This document shows positions 18,045 to 28,598 of a stretch of 64,000 nucleotides of DNA, in pieces. Origin of the DNA: Escherichia phage arall. The position numbers and the translations under genes were made by a program. The notes under the pieces are model-generated. The model did not search any database, was not told where the DNA came from, and was given only the letters and a program-made list of their open reading frames with translations. Within the stretch, counting starts at the first letter, position 1. Every line of letters begins with the position of its first letter. The stretch is from sequence record MN850584.1; one strand, given 5' to 3'.

Positions 18045-18535
18045 TGTACTTCCTCCTGTAGTGTTTTAAGGACTGCTTTACCACCGCTTACATATTTACG
18101 GAGGTAATCAATAGCTCTTAGTGTTTCTTTATCCACAAGAATTTTATTAGTTCTTGTCAATGGATGATTCAGTAAGTCACTGCAATTTCTTACTAACATA
18201 GATTTCTTGTGAAAGATACTGCTAAGAAAAAGAAGTTTAGAATCTTCTTCATCAATCAGGAGTAATTCTGAATTAGACCCAGCTACATTTATTATACACT
18301 CAAACAAGCCTTCTTGACTATCAGATAATTCCTGGTAATATTTAGTTAGCCAATCCTCTCCTTTTAACCAACTAAAAAACATCTGAACTTTTTGCAAAGT
18401 TGTCATGTTCTCTAAACGAAGAGATATTTCTTTTTCAATCTTGTCAATATAAATCTGTCTAAACTCATTCGGCTTAACTAAGCCAGCTTGATAGCATTCA
18501 TCAATACCATTGCGATCAATCTCAATTAGCGTCAT
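18041..18535 (-). CDS. hypothetical protein
   Basis: 164 aa ORF. Confidence 0.55.
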   Translation of the reverse strand: MTLIEIDRNGIDECYQAGLVKPNEFRQIYIDKIEKEISLRLENMTTLQKVQMFFSWLKGEDWLTKYYQELSDSQEGLFECIINVAGSNSELLLIDEEDSKLLFLSSIFHKKSMLVRNCSDLLNHPLTRTNKILVDKETLRAIDYLRKYVSGGKAVLKTLQEEVQ

Positions 18536-18571
18536 TTAACCTCCATAATAGGCATCCTTGCCTTGTAATTA

Positions 18572-19324
18572 TTAATATACTTCCGTGATGAACTGAGACA
18601 AACGGGAACGTTGGTTATCAGCAGTTGTCATTTCAACATAACCAATAAAATCTACAATAGCTTCCCTTTCTCCTTCTTCGTTAATAGGAACAACACGATC
18701 TAACAAATCACCTAACCCGTTAGCTCTTCGTTTAATTGCATATGTTTGATTAACATCGCCCATAATGACAATACGTGTATTAAGACCTGCTCGCTCAAGG
18801 AGAAGTTTTACTGTATTTGGTGACATAAGTTGAACTTCATCAATAAGAATAATACTGTTATCCCACGTAGCACCTAGTGCATAGTTTGGAATATTAAGTT
18901 CAATTTTGCCACTTGCAATATCGTTTTCCAATTTATTTGCAGTCATAAACTGTTGGAAAATTCTTTTAGTTGATTCGTAGTGTGCTGCTAGTTTATCAGT
19001 CTTATCTCCAGATAAGAAACCAATTTGATCATCACCTACTTCTGTCGGGTTTTTAAGGAAAATCAACTTTCTGAAATCACCAGCTTTAAGCATTTGCAAT
19101 GCTTTCCATAGTGCTGTTGTCGTTTTTCCTGTTCCTGCTGGGGCATTAACAATGGTTAAATCATTCCAAACCATGCTTCTTACAATAGCTTCTTGATTCC
19201 CAACAGGGGTAAATTCATCAAGACGGTAATCATCATTTCCTACTGCTTTAGCCGCATAACGACTGGCACGTTTGTCATCATTGGCTGCTGATTGACGACG
19301 AGCCTTTGCGGTTTTATTTCCCAT
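18572..19324 (-). CDS. phoH: PhoH-like ATPase
   Basis: 250 aa; Walker A NAPAGTGKTT; PhoH-like organisation. Confidence 0.85.
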   Translation of the reverse strand: MGNKTAKARRQSAANDDKRASRYAAKAVGNDDYRLDEFTPVGNQEAIVRSMVWNDLTIVNAPAGTGKTTTALWKALQMLKAGDFRKLIFLKNPTEVGDDQIGFLSGDKTDKLAAHYESTKRIFQQFMTANKLENDIASGKIELNIPNYALGATWDNSIILIDEVQLMSPNTVKLLLERAGLNTRIVIMGDVNQTYAIKRRANGLGDLLDRVVPINEEGEREAIVDFIGYVEMTTADNQRSRLSQFITEVY

Positions 19325-19337
19325 GTTTGCACTCCTT

Positions 19338-19358
19338 ATAAAAGGGGCTTTCGCCCCT
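19338..19358 (-). terminator. rho-independent terminator
   Basis: GGGGCTTTCGCCCC hairpin with U-tract on - strand. Confidence 0.55.
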
Positions 19359-19362
19359 TTGT

Positions 19363-19863
19363 TTAGTTATAAGCGTCTAATGTTCCAGTTTTAAGTACCT
19401 GAATTACACGCTCTGCGCGATTAGGCGTTTGGCGATACCATTTACTTTTACGTAAATTTATAGAGGCTTGAGTATAATATGAATTACTCACTAAAGTCAA
19501 GCTATTTTTGAAAGATTCTGCACCTTTCAATCCCATTTGAAATACCATATTGATAATAGCCATTTTACGATTAGGACTTACTTTATCGTAAATAGGAGAT
19601 AATATGGTACTTGAATGGATTTGTTGTATCGCTTTCTTTACGTCACTTTCAAAGATTCTTCTAGCTTCCGCTTCAGTAATAACTCCATTGGTTTTTCTAC
19701 CTACTAAGTTATCAAGAATGCGTATAGCTTCTGCTTTATCTTTGCGTTTTGTCAGAAGGTGTCCAATACCAACTGTCCAATACCCTTCGGTATCAGGATA
19801 TACAGTTAGCTTTAGTCCTTCATCAAAACGTAACATATCAAACACATCAACTACTTTAGCCAT
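19363..19863 (-). CDS. T4-type lysozyme (endolysin)
   Basis: 166 aa; MLRFDEGLKLTVYPDTEGYWTVGIGHLL parallels T4 e lysozyme N-terminus. Confidence 0.9.
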   Translation of the reverse strand: MAKVVDVFDMLRFDEGLKLTVYPDTEGYWTVGIGHLLTKRKDKAEAIRILDNLVGRKTNGVITEAEARRIFESDVKKAIQQIHSSTILSPIYDKVSPNRKMAIINMVFQMGLKGAESFKNSLTLVSNSYYTQASINLRKSKWYRQTPNRAERVIQVLKTGTLDAYN

Positions 19864-19875
19864 GTTTTCCTTATA

Positions 19876-20019
19876 TCAGTCGCCCTCCCCATGATCTAGC
19901 TCTTGAAACAGTAGGTGTTCAGGAGACATTTCACGTTTAGGCTTCGTCTTTTTAGTTTGGGACTTAAGCTCTGTTGCCAAAGCACGAGAAAAGATCTTAC
20001 GTTTCTGTTTACCTTTCAT
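19876..20019 (-). CDS. small basic protein (47 aa)
   Basis: ATG with GGAG upstream; below track cut-off; translated by eye. Confidence 0.3.
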   Translation of the reverse strand: MKGKQKRKIFSRALATELKSQTKKTKPKREMSPEHLLFQELDHGEGD

Positions 20020-20023
20020 ATTG

Positions 20024-20290
20024 TTACTCCGCAATCTGAGCCATGAATTCACGTAGTTCAGAAAAACCTCCTACGTGGGTTAGCTGTTCACCATCTTCCA
20101 CAAAAATCTGAGGAAATGTGCGTGGTAGAACACCTGTTTTCTCTAAAACCAGATTCTGAATCTGATCTAAAGAATAGTCTTCATCTAAGGTAAGATATTT
20201 AAAATCCTGTTCACGCTGTTCTAGTAGAATCTTAGCGTTAGTGCAGAAAGGACAATTTGGTTTACCGTAGATAATAAAATTCATTTTCAC
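20024..20290 (-). CDS. glutaredoxin/NrdH-like redoxin
   Basis: 88 aa; CPFC active site. Confidence 0.8.
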   Translation of the reverse strand: MKMNFIIYGKPNCPFCTNAKILLEQREQDFKYLTLDEDYSLDQIQNLVLEKTGVLPRTFPQIFVEDGEQLTHVGGFSELREFMAQIAE

Positions 20291-21117
20291 TCCTTGTTTA
20301 AAAGTATAGTTAAAGTTCTTACAATACCGCTATCAACACTTCGCGGATTTAAAGTAGGATCTGTTTTTAAATAAGATGTTGCTGGTCTGACTGCTTTGGA
20401 ATTATAGGTTGAAGCAGATACAGGATTAACTGTAACAGATAAATCTATAACAAGAAATATCTTTCGTGCAAAATCATACCAAGAAATATAATCTGCACCT
20501 GCATAGTGTACAACTTTACTATTTACACCATCTTTTACAAGTTTAAAAATTGTTTCTGCAAGATCAGGTGCATAAGTAGGACATGACAAATGATCACATA
20601 CTACATTAAATTCTTTTTGACCACCGTTGTAGCGTTCCAACATAGTTTTCAAAAAGTTATGTCCAAATTCACTATAAACAGAAGCTGTTCTGATAATAAG
20701 TGCTGTAGGACAAACTGTTTGTACTAAAGTTTCACCTAATTGTTTACTGTAACCGTAGGTGTTCAAGGGGTTTGTTTTACTATCTTCTGTGCCAGCAACA
20801 TGCCCATCAAAAACATAGTCTGTTGAAATATGTACAAACTGTATCAGTAAATCATTACATGCTTTGGCAATGTTTGTTGCACCGTATGCATTAACATTTA
20901 TACAGGTGTTAACATCTTCTTCAGCTTTATCTACTGCCGTGTAAGCCGCACAATTCACAACAACATCAGGCACGTGCTGTACAAGACTATTCATAACATC
21001 TTTAAAGTTGGTAATGTCTATATCACTTGCTTCAATCAAAATAACATCTTCGGGCGCAACTTTTGCCAAAGACTGTCCTAATTGACCTTTTGAACCAAAG
21101 ATTAAAAATTTTGTCAA
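20287..21117 (-). CDS. rmlD: dTDP-4-dehydrorhamnose reductase
   Basis: 276 aa; N-terminal Rossmann GSKGQLG; position in rml cluster. Confidence 0.75.
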   Translation of the reverse strand: MTKFLIFGSKGQLGQSLAKVAPEDVILIEASDIDITNFKDVMNSLVQHVPDVVVNCAAYTAVDKAEEDVNTCINVNAYGATNIAKACNDLLIQFVHISTDYVFDGHVAGTEDSKTNPLNTYGYSKQLGETLVQTVCPTALIIRTASVYSEFGHNFLKTMLERYNGGQKEFNVVCDHLSCPTYAPDLAETIFKLVKDGVNSKVVHYAGADYISWYDFARKIFLVIDLSVTVNPVSASTYNSKAVRPATSYLKTDPTLNPRSVDSGIVRTLTILLNKE

Positions 21118-21668
21118 AATATGATCTCCTTTAGTGTTTTGGCTTGCTGATCTTTTTGTGACAAGATAGGTTTAAAATTAATATCATTAAAGATTAAATC
21201 AAAACCCCAATCAATATTGATATCTGGATCATTCCACGCAAGACTACACTCTGAAGTCGGATCGTAATATTCTGTACATTTATATTCAAAATCAGCAATG
21301 TCACTAATCACAACAAAGCCATGAGCGAAACCAGGAGGAATCCAAAATTGTGTTTTATTCTTTTCAGATAAGAGAACACCTACCCATTCTCCAAATGTTG
21401 GACTACCAACCCTAATATCTACAGCAACATCATAAACTTCACCACGAACACAACGTACTAACTTCCCTTGTGGGTTTTTCTTTTGAAAATGAAGCCCACG
21501 TAGAACTCCTCGAATAGAACGTGAATGGTTATCTTGGACAAAGTTTTGTTTACCTATGTATTGATCATATAAAGCCTGATTAAAACTTTCTAAGAAAAAA
21601 CCACGTTCATCTCCGTAAACGTCAGGTTGAATGATCAACAAATCTTCGATTTTTGTTGCTTGAATCAT
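21114..21668 (-). CDS. rmlC: dTDP-4-dehydrorhamnose 3,5-epimerase
   Basis: 184 aa; cupin-type YGDERGFFLESF. Confidence 0.75.
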   Translation of the reverse strand: MIQATKIEDLLIIQPDVYGDERGFFLESFNQALYDQYIGKQNFVQDNHSRSIRGVLRGLHFQKKNPQGKLVRCVRGEVYDVAVDIRVGSPTFGEWVGVLLSEKNKTQFWIPPGFAHGFVVISDIADFEYKCTEYYDPTSECSLAWNDPDINIDWGFDLIFNDINFKPILSQKDQQAKTLKEIIF

Positions 21669-21680
21669 TTAATTTCCCCT

Positions 21681-22550
21681 TTATTTTAATTTAAGTAAAT
21701 ACTTACCGTAGTCTGTTTTACTTAAAACCTCTCCAGAACTTTTTACAGAGTCTAAAGTAATCCATTCATTTTTAAAAGCAATCTCTTCCAGGCATGCAAC
21801 CTTCATACCTTGTTGCTTTTCTATTGCATGAACAAATTGAGATGCTTCCATAAGACTTTCATGTGTTCCTGTATCCAGCCAAGTGAAACCTCTTCCTAGT
21901 TTACAGACACGTAAAGCCTTTTCTTTCCAGTACATCTCATTTATATCTGTAATCTCTAACTCCCCTCTAGCAGAAGGTTTAACGCTTTTAGCTTTCTGTA
22001 CAACAGAATTATCGTAAAAGTACAAGCCTGTGATTGCATAGTTGCTTTTTGGTGCTTTTGGTTTTTCTTCAATACTCACCACTGTACCTTCAGAATCAAA
22101 CTCAACAACACCAAATCTTTCAGGATCATTTACGTGATACCCAAAAATATTAGCTCCACCATTCTTTTCAATATGTTCTTTAGCAGAATCTAAAATGCTA
22201 CCAAAACTCTGACCAAAGAATAAATTATCACCTAGCACAAGTGCTACAGAATCTTCACCAATAAAGTTCTCACCAATAATAAACGCTTCTGCTAAACCTC
22301 TTGGGCTATCCTGTATTGCATACTGTAAGGAAATACCAAAAGAAGAACCATCACCTAGAAGATTTACAAAATTAATTTGATCTTCTGGTGTTGTAATTAT
22401 TAGTATTTCCCTAATTCCAGAAAGCATTAGGACAGAGAGTGGATAATAAATCATAGGCTTATCATAAATTGGTAATAGTTGTTTACTAACCCCTTTAGTA
22501 ACTGGGTAAAGTCTTGTTCCACTACCACCTGCTAAGATAATACCTTTCAT
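21681..22550 (-). CDS. rmlA: glucose-1-phosphate thymidylyltransferase
   Basis: 289 aa; [18 protein letters not shown] signature. Confidence 0.9.
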   Translation of the reverse strand: MKGIILAGGSGTRLYPVTKGVSKQLLPIYDKPMIYYPLSVLMLSGIREILIITTPEDQINFVNLLGDGSSFGISLQYAIQDSPRGLAEAFIIGENFIGEDSVALVLGDNLFFGQSFGSILDSAKEHIEKNGGANIFGYHVNDPERFGVVEFDSEGTVVSIEEKPKAPKSNYAITGLYFYDNSVVQKAKSVKPSARGELEITDINEMYWKEKALRVCKLGRGFTWLDTGTHESLMEASQFVHAIEKQQGMKVACLEEIAFKNEWITLDSVKSSGEVLSKTDYGKYLLKLK

Positions 22551-22558
22551 ACTCCTCC

Positions 22559-23548
22559 TTAAACTTTATTTTCCCACCACTCTTTGTTATCTACATACCA
22601 ATCAATGGTTGAATAAAGTTTTTCTTCAAATGTGCCTTTAGCTTTCCACCCTAATTCCTTTTCAATCTTATAAGGATTCACTTCGTATCTTAAATCATGT
22701 CCAGGTCTATCTGTAACCATTTCAATGAGGCTACAAGCATCTGTTTCAGATGGATACACCGCATCCATATAATCACAAATCATATAGATTACATCAATAT
22801 TAGTTCTAGGGTTTCTGCTCCCAATATTATATGTTTCTCCAGATTTGCCTTTAGTTACTACTAGGTGTAATGCTTCTGCGTGATCGTCAACGTATAACCA
22901 ATCTCTTACTTGAAGACCATTGCCATAAACAGGGATTGGTTTATGCATCAAGATATTTGTTATCGTTTTAGGTATTAGTTTTTCTGGATGATGATATGCT
23001 CCAAAATTATTTGAACAATTTGTTATAACTGTCGGAATACCATAAGTACGATGCCATGCTCTTACCAAATGATCGCTTGCAGCTTTAGATGCAGCATATG
23101 GACTACTTGGTTTATAAGGATTCTGTTCTGTAAACGGATAATCCCCTTCTTCCATATCACCATACACTTCATCTGTTGAAATATGATGGAACATTTTAAG
23201 ATTTGATTTATCTCCCATTAAACGAACAGCTTCTAGAAGATTAAATGTTCCAACAATATTTGAATTTATAAAAACACTCGGTGATGCTATTGAATTATCT
23301 ACGTGACTCTCTGCTGCAAGATGCATTATATAATCTGGATTAACATCTGCCACAATCTTAGCAGTTAACTGCGCATTTGTCAAGTCAACACGACAAAACT
23401 TTACATTAGGTGTTTCTGATAAATTTCTAGGGTCTGAAGCGTAACCCCATTTATCTATAACGTAAATATCATTCTTAGTATTTTTAGCCAGGAAACGAAC
23501 TACTGCACTTCCAATAAAGCCTAAACCACCTGTTACTAAGTATTTCAT
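22559..23548 (-). CDS. rmlB: dTDP-glucose 4,6-dehydratase
   Basis: 329 aa; TGGLGFIGS Rossmann, YAASKAASD (YxxxK). Confidence 0.9.
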   Translation of the reverse strand: MKYLVTGGLGFIGSAVVRFLAKNTKNDIYVIDKWGYASDPRNLSETPNVKFCRVDLTNAQLTAKIVADVNPDYIMHLAAESHVDNSIASPSVFINSNIVGTFNLLEAVRLMGDKSNLKMFHHISTDEVYGDMEEGDYPFTEQNPYKPSSPYAASKAASDHLVRAWHRTYGIPTVITNCSNNFGAYHHPEKLIPKTITNILMHKPIPVYGNGLQVRDWLYVDDHAEALHLVVTKGKSGETYNIGSRNPRTNIDVIYMICDYMDAVYPSETDACSLIEMVTDRPGHDLRYEVNPYKIEKELGWKAKGTFEEKLYSTIDWYVDNKEWWENKV

Positions 23549-23742
23549 TTAGTCTCCTTCCAATTATTCCCTTCAGTAAAAATAATACCTTCATAAAACA
23601 ACCATCTGGAACCTTTTTCAACAGGAACAGGAATCTCTTCTTCAGTAAAGTTATAAACCTCTCTAGCATCTTCTAAAAGTGATGCAAATGTTTTTGGACT
23701 TACTGTTACGCGAGGAGCATTGATCAGTTGATCTAGCATCAT
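23545..23742 (-). CDS. hypothetical protein
   Basis: ORF track 23545..23835 trimmed to ATGATG 23742 after GGAGGA. Confidence 0.45.
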   Translation of the reverse strand: MMLDQLINAPRVTVSPKTFASLLEDAREVYNFTEEEIPVPVEKGSRWLFYEGIIFTEGNNWKETK

Positions 23743-23755
23743 TCTACTATCCTCC

Positions 23756-24082
23756 TTACCAAACGTGTTGAGAAATAATAGTTTCCGTTTCAATGTTATA
23801 TTTTTCAAGAAGTTGTGCGTAGGCTTCTTTTGCATTCTTATTTAGTTGCTCAAGATCTACAGCTATACTTCCTTCGCCACCTTCTAAATAAATGCCATAT
23901 ATGCAATAAGATTCATCAGCATCATAGAAAGGAGAGATACGGCTTAAATCAAGACCTTCTTGTAAGAACCAATTAAAATCTCCATCAAATTCTTCTTCAA
24001 TTCTAGGATCTTCTCCTACAGCCTCTTCCCATTTATTAAAAGGTGCACCCTGTAACATACGCCATGCAATATCAACCCCCAC
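23756..24082 (-). CDS. hypothetical protein
   Basis: 108 aa; GTG start. Confidence 0.5.
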   Translation of the reverse strand: MGVDIAWRMLQGAPFNKWEEAVGEDPRIEEEFDGDFNWFLQEGLDLSRISPFYDADESYCIYGIYLEGGEGSIAVDLEQLNKNAKEAYAQLLEKYNIETETIISQHVW

Positions 24083-24218
24083 TATCTTCCTCCTCTTCTT
24101 TTTCTTCTGTATGAACGAAACCTAAGCCGTTACAATTCCAACAAGGAATAAATTGTTCCATACTAACAATAAAATTCCCAGTGCCGCCGCAGATAGGACA
24201 AATACTTACATCGTCCAT
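24072..24218 (-). CDS. small zinc-ribbon protein (48 aa)
   Basis: CPICGG...CWNCNG; below track cut-off. Confidence 0.35.
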   Translation of the reverse strand: MDDVSICPICGGTGNFIVSMEQFIPCWNCNGLGFVHTEEKEEEEDSGG

Positions 24219-24220
24219 TA

Positions 24221-24427
24221 TTAAAGCTCCTCAATCTTTTCTAACATCTGTTTTAACTCATTCTCTGTTAACAGAATTTCTGTGATACCATCATAAGTTT
24301 CTACCATCAGAGTAAAACATTTCTCTCCATCTGAACATACAAAAGCACCACCTTCATCTTCTGTTAAGTCAGAATTAATATCTACATCAACAAAATCAAT
24401 CATCTTTTTCTCCTTTGATAATTTCAA
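24221..24427 (-). CDS. hypothetical acidic protein
   Basis: 68 aa ORF. Confidence 0.45.
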   Translation of the reverse strand: MKLSKEKKMIDFVDVDINSDLTEDEGGAFVCSDGEKCFTLMVETYDGITEILLTENELKQMLEKIEEL

Positions 24428-24614
24428 ACTTGGCTACACCATTAACTATAATATGACCGCAAGACAGAACTCCTAGCCAATGATCACCATTCTTTTTTAA
24501 ACGTTTACCGTAAACATCACAGAAACCATTCTGTAATTCGGAAGCCTCGTAAGAGGCTCCCTTTTCGAAAACGTCTTTGAAGTCAGAAATTAATCCAACA
24601 CAAAGTAGTTTCAT
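24396..24614 (-). CDS. hypothetical protein
   Basis: 72 aa ORF. Confidence 0.45.
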   Translation of the reverse strand: MKLLCVGLISDFKDVFEKGASYEASELQNGFCDVYGKRLKKNGDHWLGVLSCGHIIVNGVAKFEIIKGEKDD

Positions 24615-25699
24615 TAAAAGTCTAACTCCTCGTCATCACTTACATCTTTATTTGCTGAATTCAGTTTGTAAGCTGTAATTTGGATCTCTTGTGCTGCTGC
24701 TTGAATTTGATCTGGATTTAACCAAACATCCATCCAAGGCAGTGGACTTTTCTTCGGTGCACGGAATTTGTGTTTCATTTTCAGTCTGCGATAGATAGGC
24801 GCGGCATTGAAGTAAACCCAAAGTTTGAACAACTCTGCGTTACCACCAACGATAACCCTTCCTTCACTAAACAGATAGTCACACCAATCTTCCTCTTGTC
24901 CAACTACCGTATCAAGAATTTCTGTCAGAACGTCGATATTGTCTTCGTATACTTTTCTCCAAACAGGATCTTTCAGCAGTGCATCAATAATAGCATAATC
25001 CATTTTAACGTGCAATAGTTCATCCAACATAATTTTTTGAATGAGTTTAGCTGCACCTACAAACAATTGCTGCTCTGCTAAGGCAAATGTTGCAGCAAAA
25101 GAGGAGATGAACTGAATACCTTCCAGACCGATAAGTGCAATCATTCCTTTCAGGATCAGTAGACGAAGGTTATCATCCTTCTCAATCAGACCTAGAGCAT
25201 ATTTATGTCCTGCCTCTGCCAGATCACTCATTATCTCTTCAACTATACCCATCCTCTGGAAGATTCTTTCATTCTCCATGATCTGATCGATAACTTCATT
25301 CGGATTAGGGATACACTGACGAATAATTTCAGAATATGTCAAAGCGTGTAAAACTTCCATTTCTGATTGCTTCATCATCATTGCACATGCTTCGTTGTTG
25401 CTTAAAAATGGTGCAAACAAAGTGATGATTGATTTAGCAAGTGAATCATTTTCCCATTGGAAAGATAGGTTTTTGATCATAACATCATAGTTGCTTTTAG
25501 AACAAGCTACGAAATCTTTTCGTGTCTGATCTAAGTTTACTTCGTTTTCATCCCAATCTTGCTGTTTTTGTAGTTTGTACAGACGATGCATTTCTGGGTA
25601 TGTTACGTTAATAGAATCAAAAATACCTAACTGTTCTCCCAAAAATACAGGGTAGAAACCTTCTTTGTAAGTGTCGTTGTATAAATTAATTGCTGCCAT
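24614..25699 (-). CDS. nrdB: ribonucleotide reductase small (beta) subunit
   Basis: 361 aa; class Ia R2-like, adjacent to nrdA. Confidence 0.85.
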   Translation of the reverse strand: MAAINLYNDTYKEGFYPVFLGEQLGIFDSINVTYPEMHRLYKLQKQQDWDENEVNLDQTRKDFVACSKSNYDVMIKNLSFQWENDSLAKSIITLFAPFLSNNEACAMMMKQSEMEVLHALTYSEIIRQCIPNPNEVIDQIMENERIFQRMGIVEEIMSDLAEAGHKYALGLIEKDDNLRLLILKGMIALIGLEGIQFISSFAATFALAEQQLFVGAAKLIQKIMLDELLHVKMDYAIIDALLKDPVWRKVYEDNIDVLTEILDTVVGQEEDWCDYLFSEGRVIVGGNAELFKLWVYFNAAPIYRRLKMKHKFRAPKKSPLPWMDVWLNPDQIQAAAQEIQITAYKLNSANKDVSDDEELDF

Positions 25700-26021
25700 T
25701 TAAATCCTCCACAATATCACACATTGCTTTTATTGTATCAATGTGTTCTCTCTCCATACCATTCTCTATGTAAGCCTTCTCTAATGCGTTCCATACACTC
25801 TTTGTGAGTAGTACAGTAACTTCTCCCTCATATCTTGCCCTGGTTAAAGCATACCAGGTAGCTATGGGATCATTGGAAGCCCATATTTCAACACTGGAAA
25901 ATTGAAAACCTGCAATATAATGACAACACCAATCGAATGTAAAATCTTTACTCTCTACCAGTGTATAATTTCCCCAGCGTCTTTGTGGTGTTGCCCCAGG
26001 TAATACAACTAATGTAGGCAT
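25686..26021 (-). CDS. hypothetical protein between nrdA and nrdB
   Basis: 111 aa ORF. Confidence 0.5.
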   Translation of the reverse strand: MPTLVVLPGATPQRRWGNYTLVESKDFTFDWCCHYIAGFQFSSVEIWASNDPIATWYALTRARYEGEVTVLLTKSVWNALEKAYIENGMEREHIDTIKAMCDIVEDLNGSN

Positions 26022-26029
26022 ATTCCTCC

Positions 26030-26055
26030 TTAAGAAAGGGGGACAAAGCCCCCTA
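26030..26055 (-). terminator. rho-independent terminator
   Basis: hairpin AGGGGGACAAAGCCCCCT with U-tract on - strand. Confidence 0.5.
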
Positions 26056-26061
26056 GTTTCA

Positions 26062-28326
26062 TTACATTTTACAGGCGCTACACCCCTCGTCTTCAGAATC
26101 TTCTTGAGCGAGTGAGGATGCCGATTTTGTTCTGCTATTTAGATAGTACAAAGACTTACCACCAAGTTTTGCAAACTGAAGAATATATTGCATTTCTGAT
26201 TTAATGGATAAACGACCACCTTCCATCTTAGAATAGTCAATCCACTTATCACATGATGCACCTTGATCTAAGAATTTAGTCAACAGTCCATATGCTTCAG
26301 CCATATCTTTATCTGGTGTATCCCAAGCCGATTGGTAAATATCTTTTAGTTTATCGTAGTCTGGCACAATAAACAGAACATTACCCTTTTGGCTTTGTTT
26401 ATAAACTATAGTATCACGTACAGGATACACAGAGTTAGTCGTATTACTTACAAGACTACTGGACTCATTCGGAGCAATAGCTGCTAATACACTATTTCGG
26501 ATACCACCTTGTGCAATTATATCTTGTCGTAAACCTTCCCAATCCATTTTAAGTTTAAAATTGCCAATATCGTCTACAGCTTTAGCGTAGGTATCAATAG
26601 GCAACCATCCTTCAGGCCATTTGGTTTTATGCATCCATTCTGCATTACCTTTCTCTTTTGCCAAACGAAGAGAAGCTCTTGCTAACCAATAATAATGTCT
26701 TTCTGCTAATTCGTGAATTAGTTTTTTGCCGTAAGGATCTGAATAAGTAACAAAATTACTTGCCAGATAATGTGCAAGGTTTGTAATACCTACACCGATA
26801 GACCTACGTGCTTTAGCAGTGATTTCGTTATGTTTAAACGGATACTTCATTGTTTCAATAACATTATCAATAGTCAGAACGGTATAATATGCAACATCTT
26901 CATATTCTTCTGGTGTAACACGACCAGCTACAATAGAAGACAGGAAGCATAATGCCAATTCTTGATCTTCTGTATTCTCACCTGTGAAAAGATCAGTCAT
27001 ATTGTGAAATGCTTTCGTAGGTAAGAAAATTTCTTGGCACAAGTTTGACTGGTAAATAACATCCTTAAACGGAGTATGCTTATTAGCATTATCCGCAAAG
27101 AACATATAAATACGTCCTGTCTCTGCTCTTTGTGTAATAATTTCTGCCAGAAGATCTCGTGCTTTTACAAACTTCTTCTTAATTCGTTTGCGACTAACTT
27201 TTTCATATACTTCTTCAAACTCTTCCTCGCTTTTATAAAGCGCCTCATAGAGTTCTGGTGCTTCGTCATAACTGACTAGCATCCAATCTTTACCTTTTGC
27301 TGCACGGCGCAGGAAAGCATTGTTTACTACAATAGAGTAATCAAGTTTATCTACTCGTTTTTCACTAACAGTAGTTGGATTTTTCAAACGTACCAGATCT
27401 TCAAAATCAGGTTCTAGTATTGTAAACGTTACTGTTGCACTTCCACCACGACTTGCTTGTTTTGATGCTCCAACACTTGTCTCCATCCATTTCAGATATG
27501 GTAAAAGACCACCGTGAACGATACGGTTGTTCTTAACACCTTGTCCTGTGGCACGGGTTTGAAGGTTAACACCAATACCTGCATTATTCAATGTATATTC
27601 ATGCGCAAGATAGTTAGCAATTGCTAAAGATTCTGCTGTATCGTCTGCTCTAAACAGACAACAAGAAGCACTACCTTTAATCTTAGTACGCAAAGTTGTT
27701 AAATAAGGCGATGGTAAATTAATCTTAAGATCACTTACGTAGGTATATAGACGTTTAATGTCTTCTACTCTGCGATCTTTTGGTTGAATTTCCATTACCT
27801 TCATTGCTACACCAATGAATAAAAACTGTGGTGATTCAAAAACAACATCATTGATCGCATCTTTCACAAGATACTTATCAACCATCTGGCGCAGTACGGA
27901 ATAACCATAAGTTAGGTTTTTATCGTGATTGACAATTTTACCAATCTCAATAATTTCTTCTTCTGTATAATCCATTTTTCCCCAATAGCCTTTACTTACA
28001 GACATATTGTAGAAATCCAGGAGGGAGGGGATATTGTGATATCCCCCATGAGCCTGTTTATAAATCATACCAAGAAGTAACCGACCTGCCATATCACTAT
28101 ATGCCTGATCTTTCTTATCAATACATGCTGCTATCATAGCTTTATGTAAATCACGAGTAGGCACACCGTCGTAACAACGTTTAACAGCTTCGAGTTCAAT
28201 TTCAGACCAATTTAATTTACCAGCAGCAAACTCTGACCATTTACGAAGTTTTTCTGGATTAAATTCTTCTTTCTTGCCGTTTGTTTTTGTTACATAACGG
28301 ATAGATTTGCTTAGATACTGAGTCAC
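26062..28326 (-). CDS. nrdA: ribonucleotide reductase large (alpha) subunit
   Basis: 754 aa; ATP-cone N-terminus, C-terminal Cys pair (CSACKM). Confidence 0.9.
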   Translation of the reverse strand: MTQYLSKSIRYVTKTNGKKEEFNPEKLRKWSEFAAGKLNWSEIELEAVKRCYDGVPTRDLHKAMIAACIDKKDQAYSDMAGRLLLGMIYKQAHGGYHNIPSLLDFYNMSVSKGYWGKMDYTEEEIIEIGKIVNHDKNLTYGYSVLRQMVDKYLVKDAINDVVFESPQFLFIGVAMKVMEIQPKDRRVEDIKRLYTYVSDLKINLPSPYLTTLRTKIKGSASCCLFRADDTAESLAIANYLAHEYTLNNAGIGVNLQTRATGQGVKNNRIVHGGLLPYLKWMETSVGASKQASRGGSATVTFTILEPDFEDLVRLKNPTTVSEKRVDKLDYSIVVNNAFLRRAAKGKDWMLVSYDEAPELYEALYKSEEEFEEVYEKVSRKRIKKKFVKARDLLAEIITQRAETGRIYMFFADNANKHTPFKDVIYQSNLCQEIFLPTKAFHNMTDLFTGENTEDQELALCFLSSIVAGRVTPEEYEDVAYYTVLTIDNVIETMKYPFKHNEITAKARRSIGVGITNLAHYLASNFVTYSDPYGKKLIHELAERHYYWLARASLRLAKEKGNAEWMHKTKWPEGWLPIDTYAKAVDDIGNFKLKMDWEGLRQDIIAQGGIRNSVLAAIAPNESSSLVSNTTNSVYPVRDTIVYKQSQKGNVLFIVPDYDKLKDIYQSAWDTPDKDMAEAYGLLTKFLDQGASCDKWIDYSKMEGGRLSIKSEMQYILQFAKLGGKSLYYLNSRTKSASSLAQEDSEDEGCSACKM

Positions 28327-28337
28327 TTCCTCTCCTA

Positions 28338-28598
28338 TTAATTATGCATATTTAGAACATCTACATCATAACCGCCACGCATCTCATTATATAAGCCATT
28401 TGCGTATAGAAAACCTTCAAAATGATCTATACCTTCAAAACCTTTTGCCTTTGCTTTGCGGTCTGCTTCTTGTCTTTTTGGGGATAATCTTTTAGATGTA
28501 TCAAGGATAACTGTTACATTGCAACCTAATGTTTCATCAAAATAGACTTCAATTTCACAGCCTTCATATTTATTACTTTCTGTCATTTGGCCTCTCAA
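28338..28598 (-). CDS. hypothetical protein
   Basis: 86 aa ORF. Confidence 0.5.
   Translation of the reverse strand: MRGQMTESNKYEGCEIEVYFDETLGCNVTVILDTSKRLSPKRQEADRKAKAKGFEGIDHFEGFLYANGLYNEMRGGYDVDVLNMHN

Noticed and set aside
24770-25018. Plus-strand ORFs inside the minus-strand nrdB gene (likewise 26770..27279 inside nrdA and 32548..32908, 35189..35903, 36126..37023 inside other minus-strand genes)
   Set aside because: Antisense to long, motif-supported genes; AT-rich low-complexity translations; no RBS.
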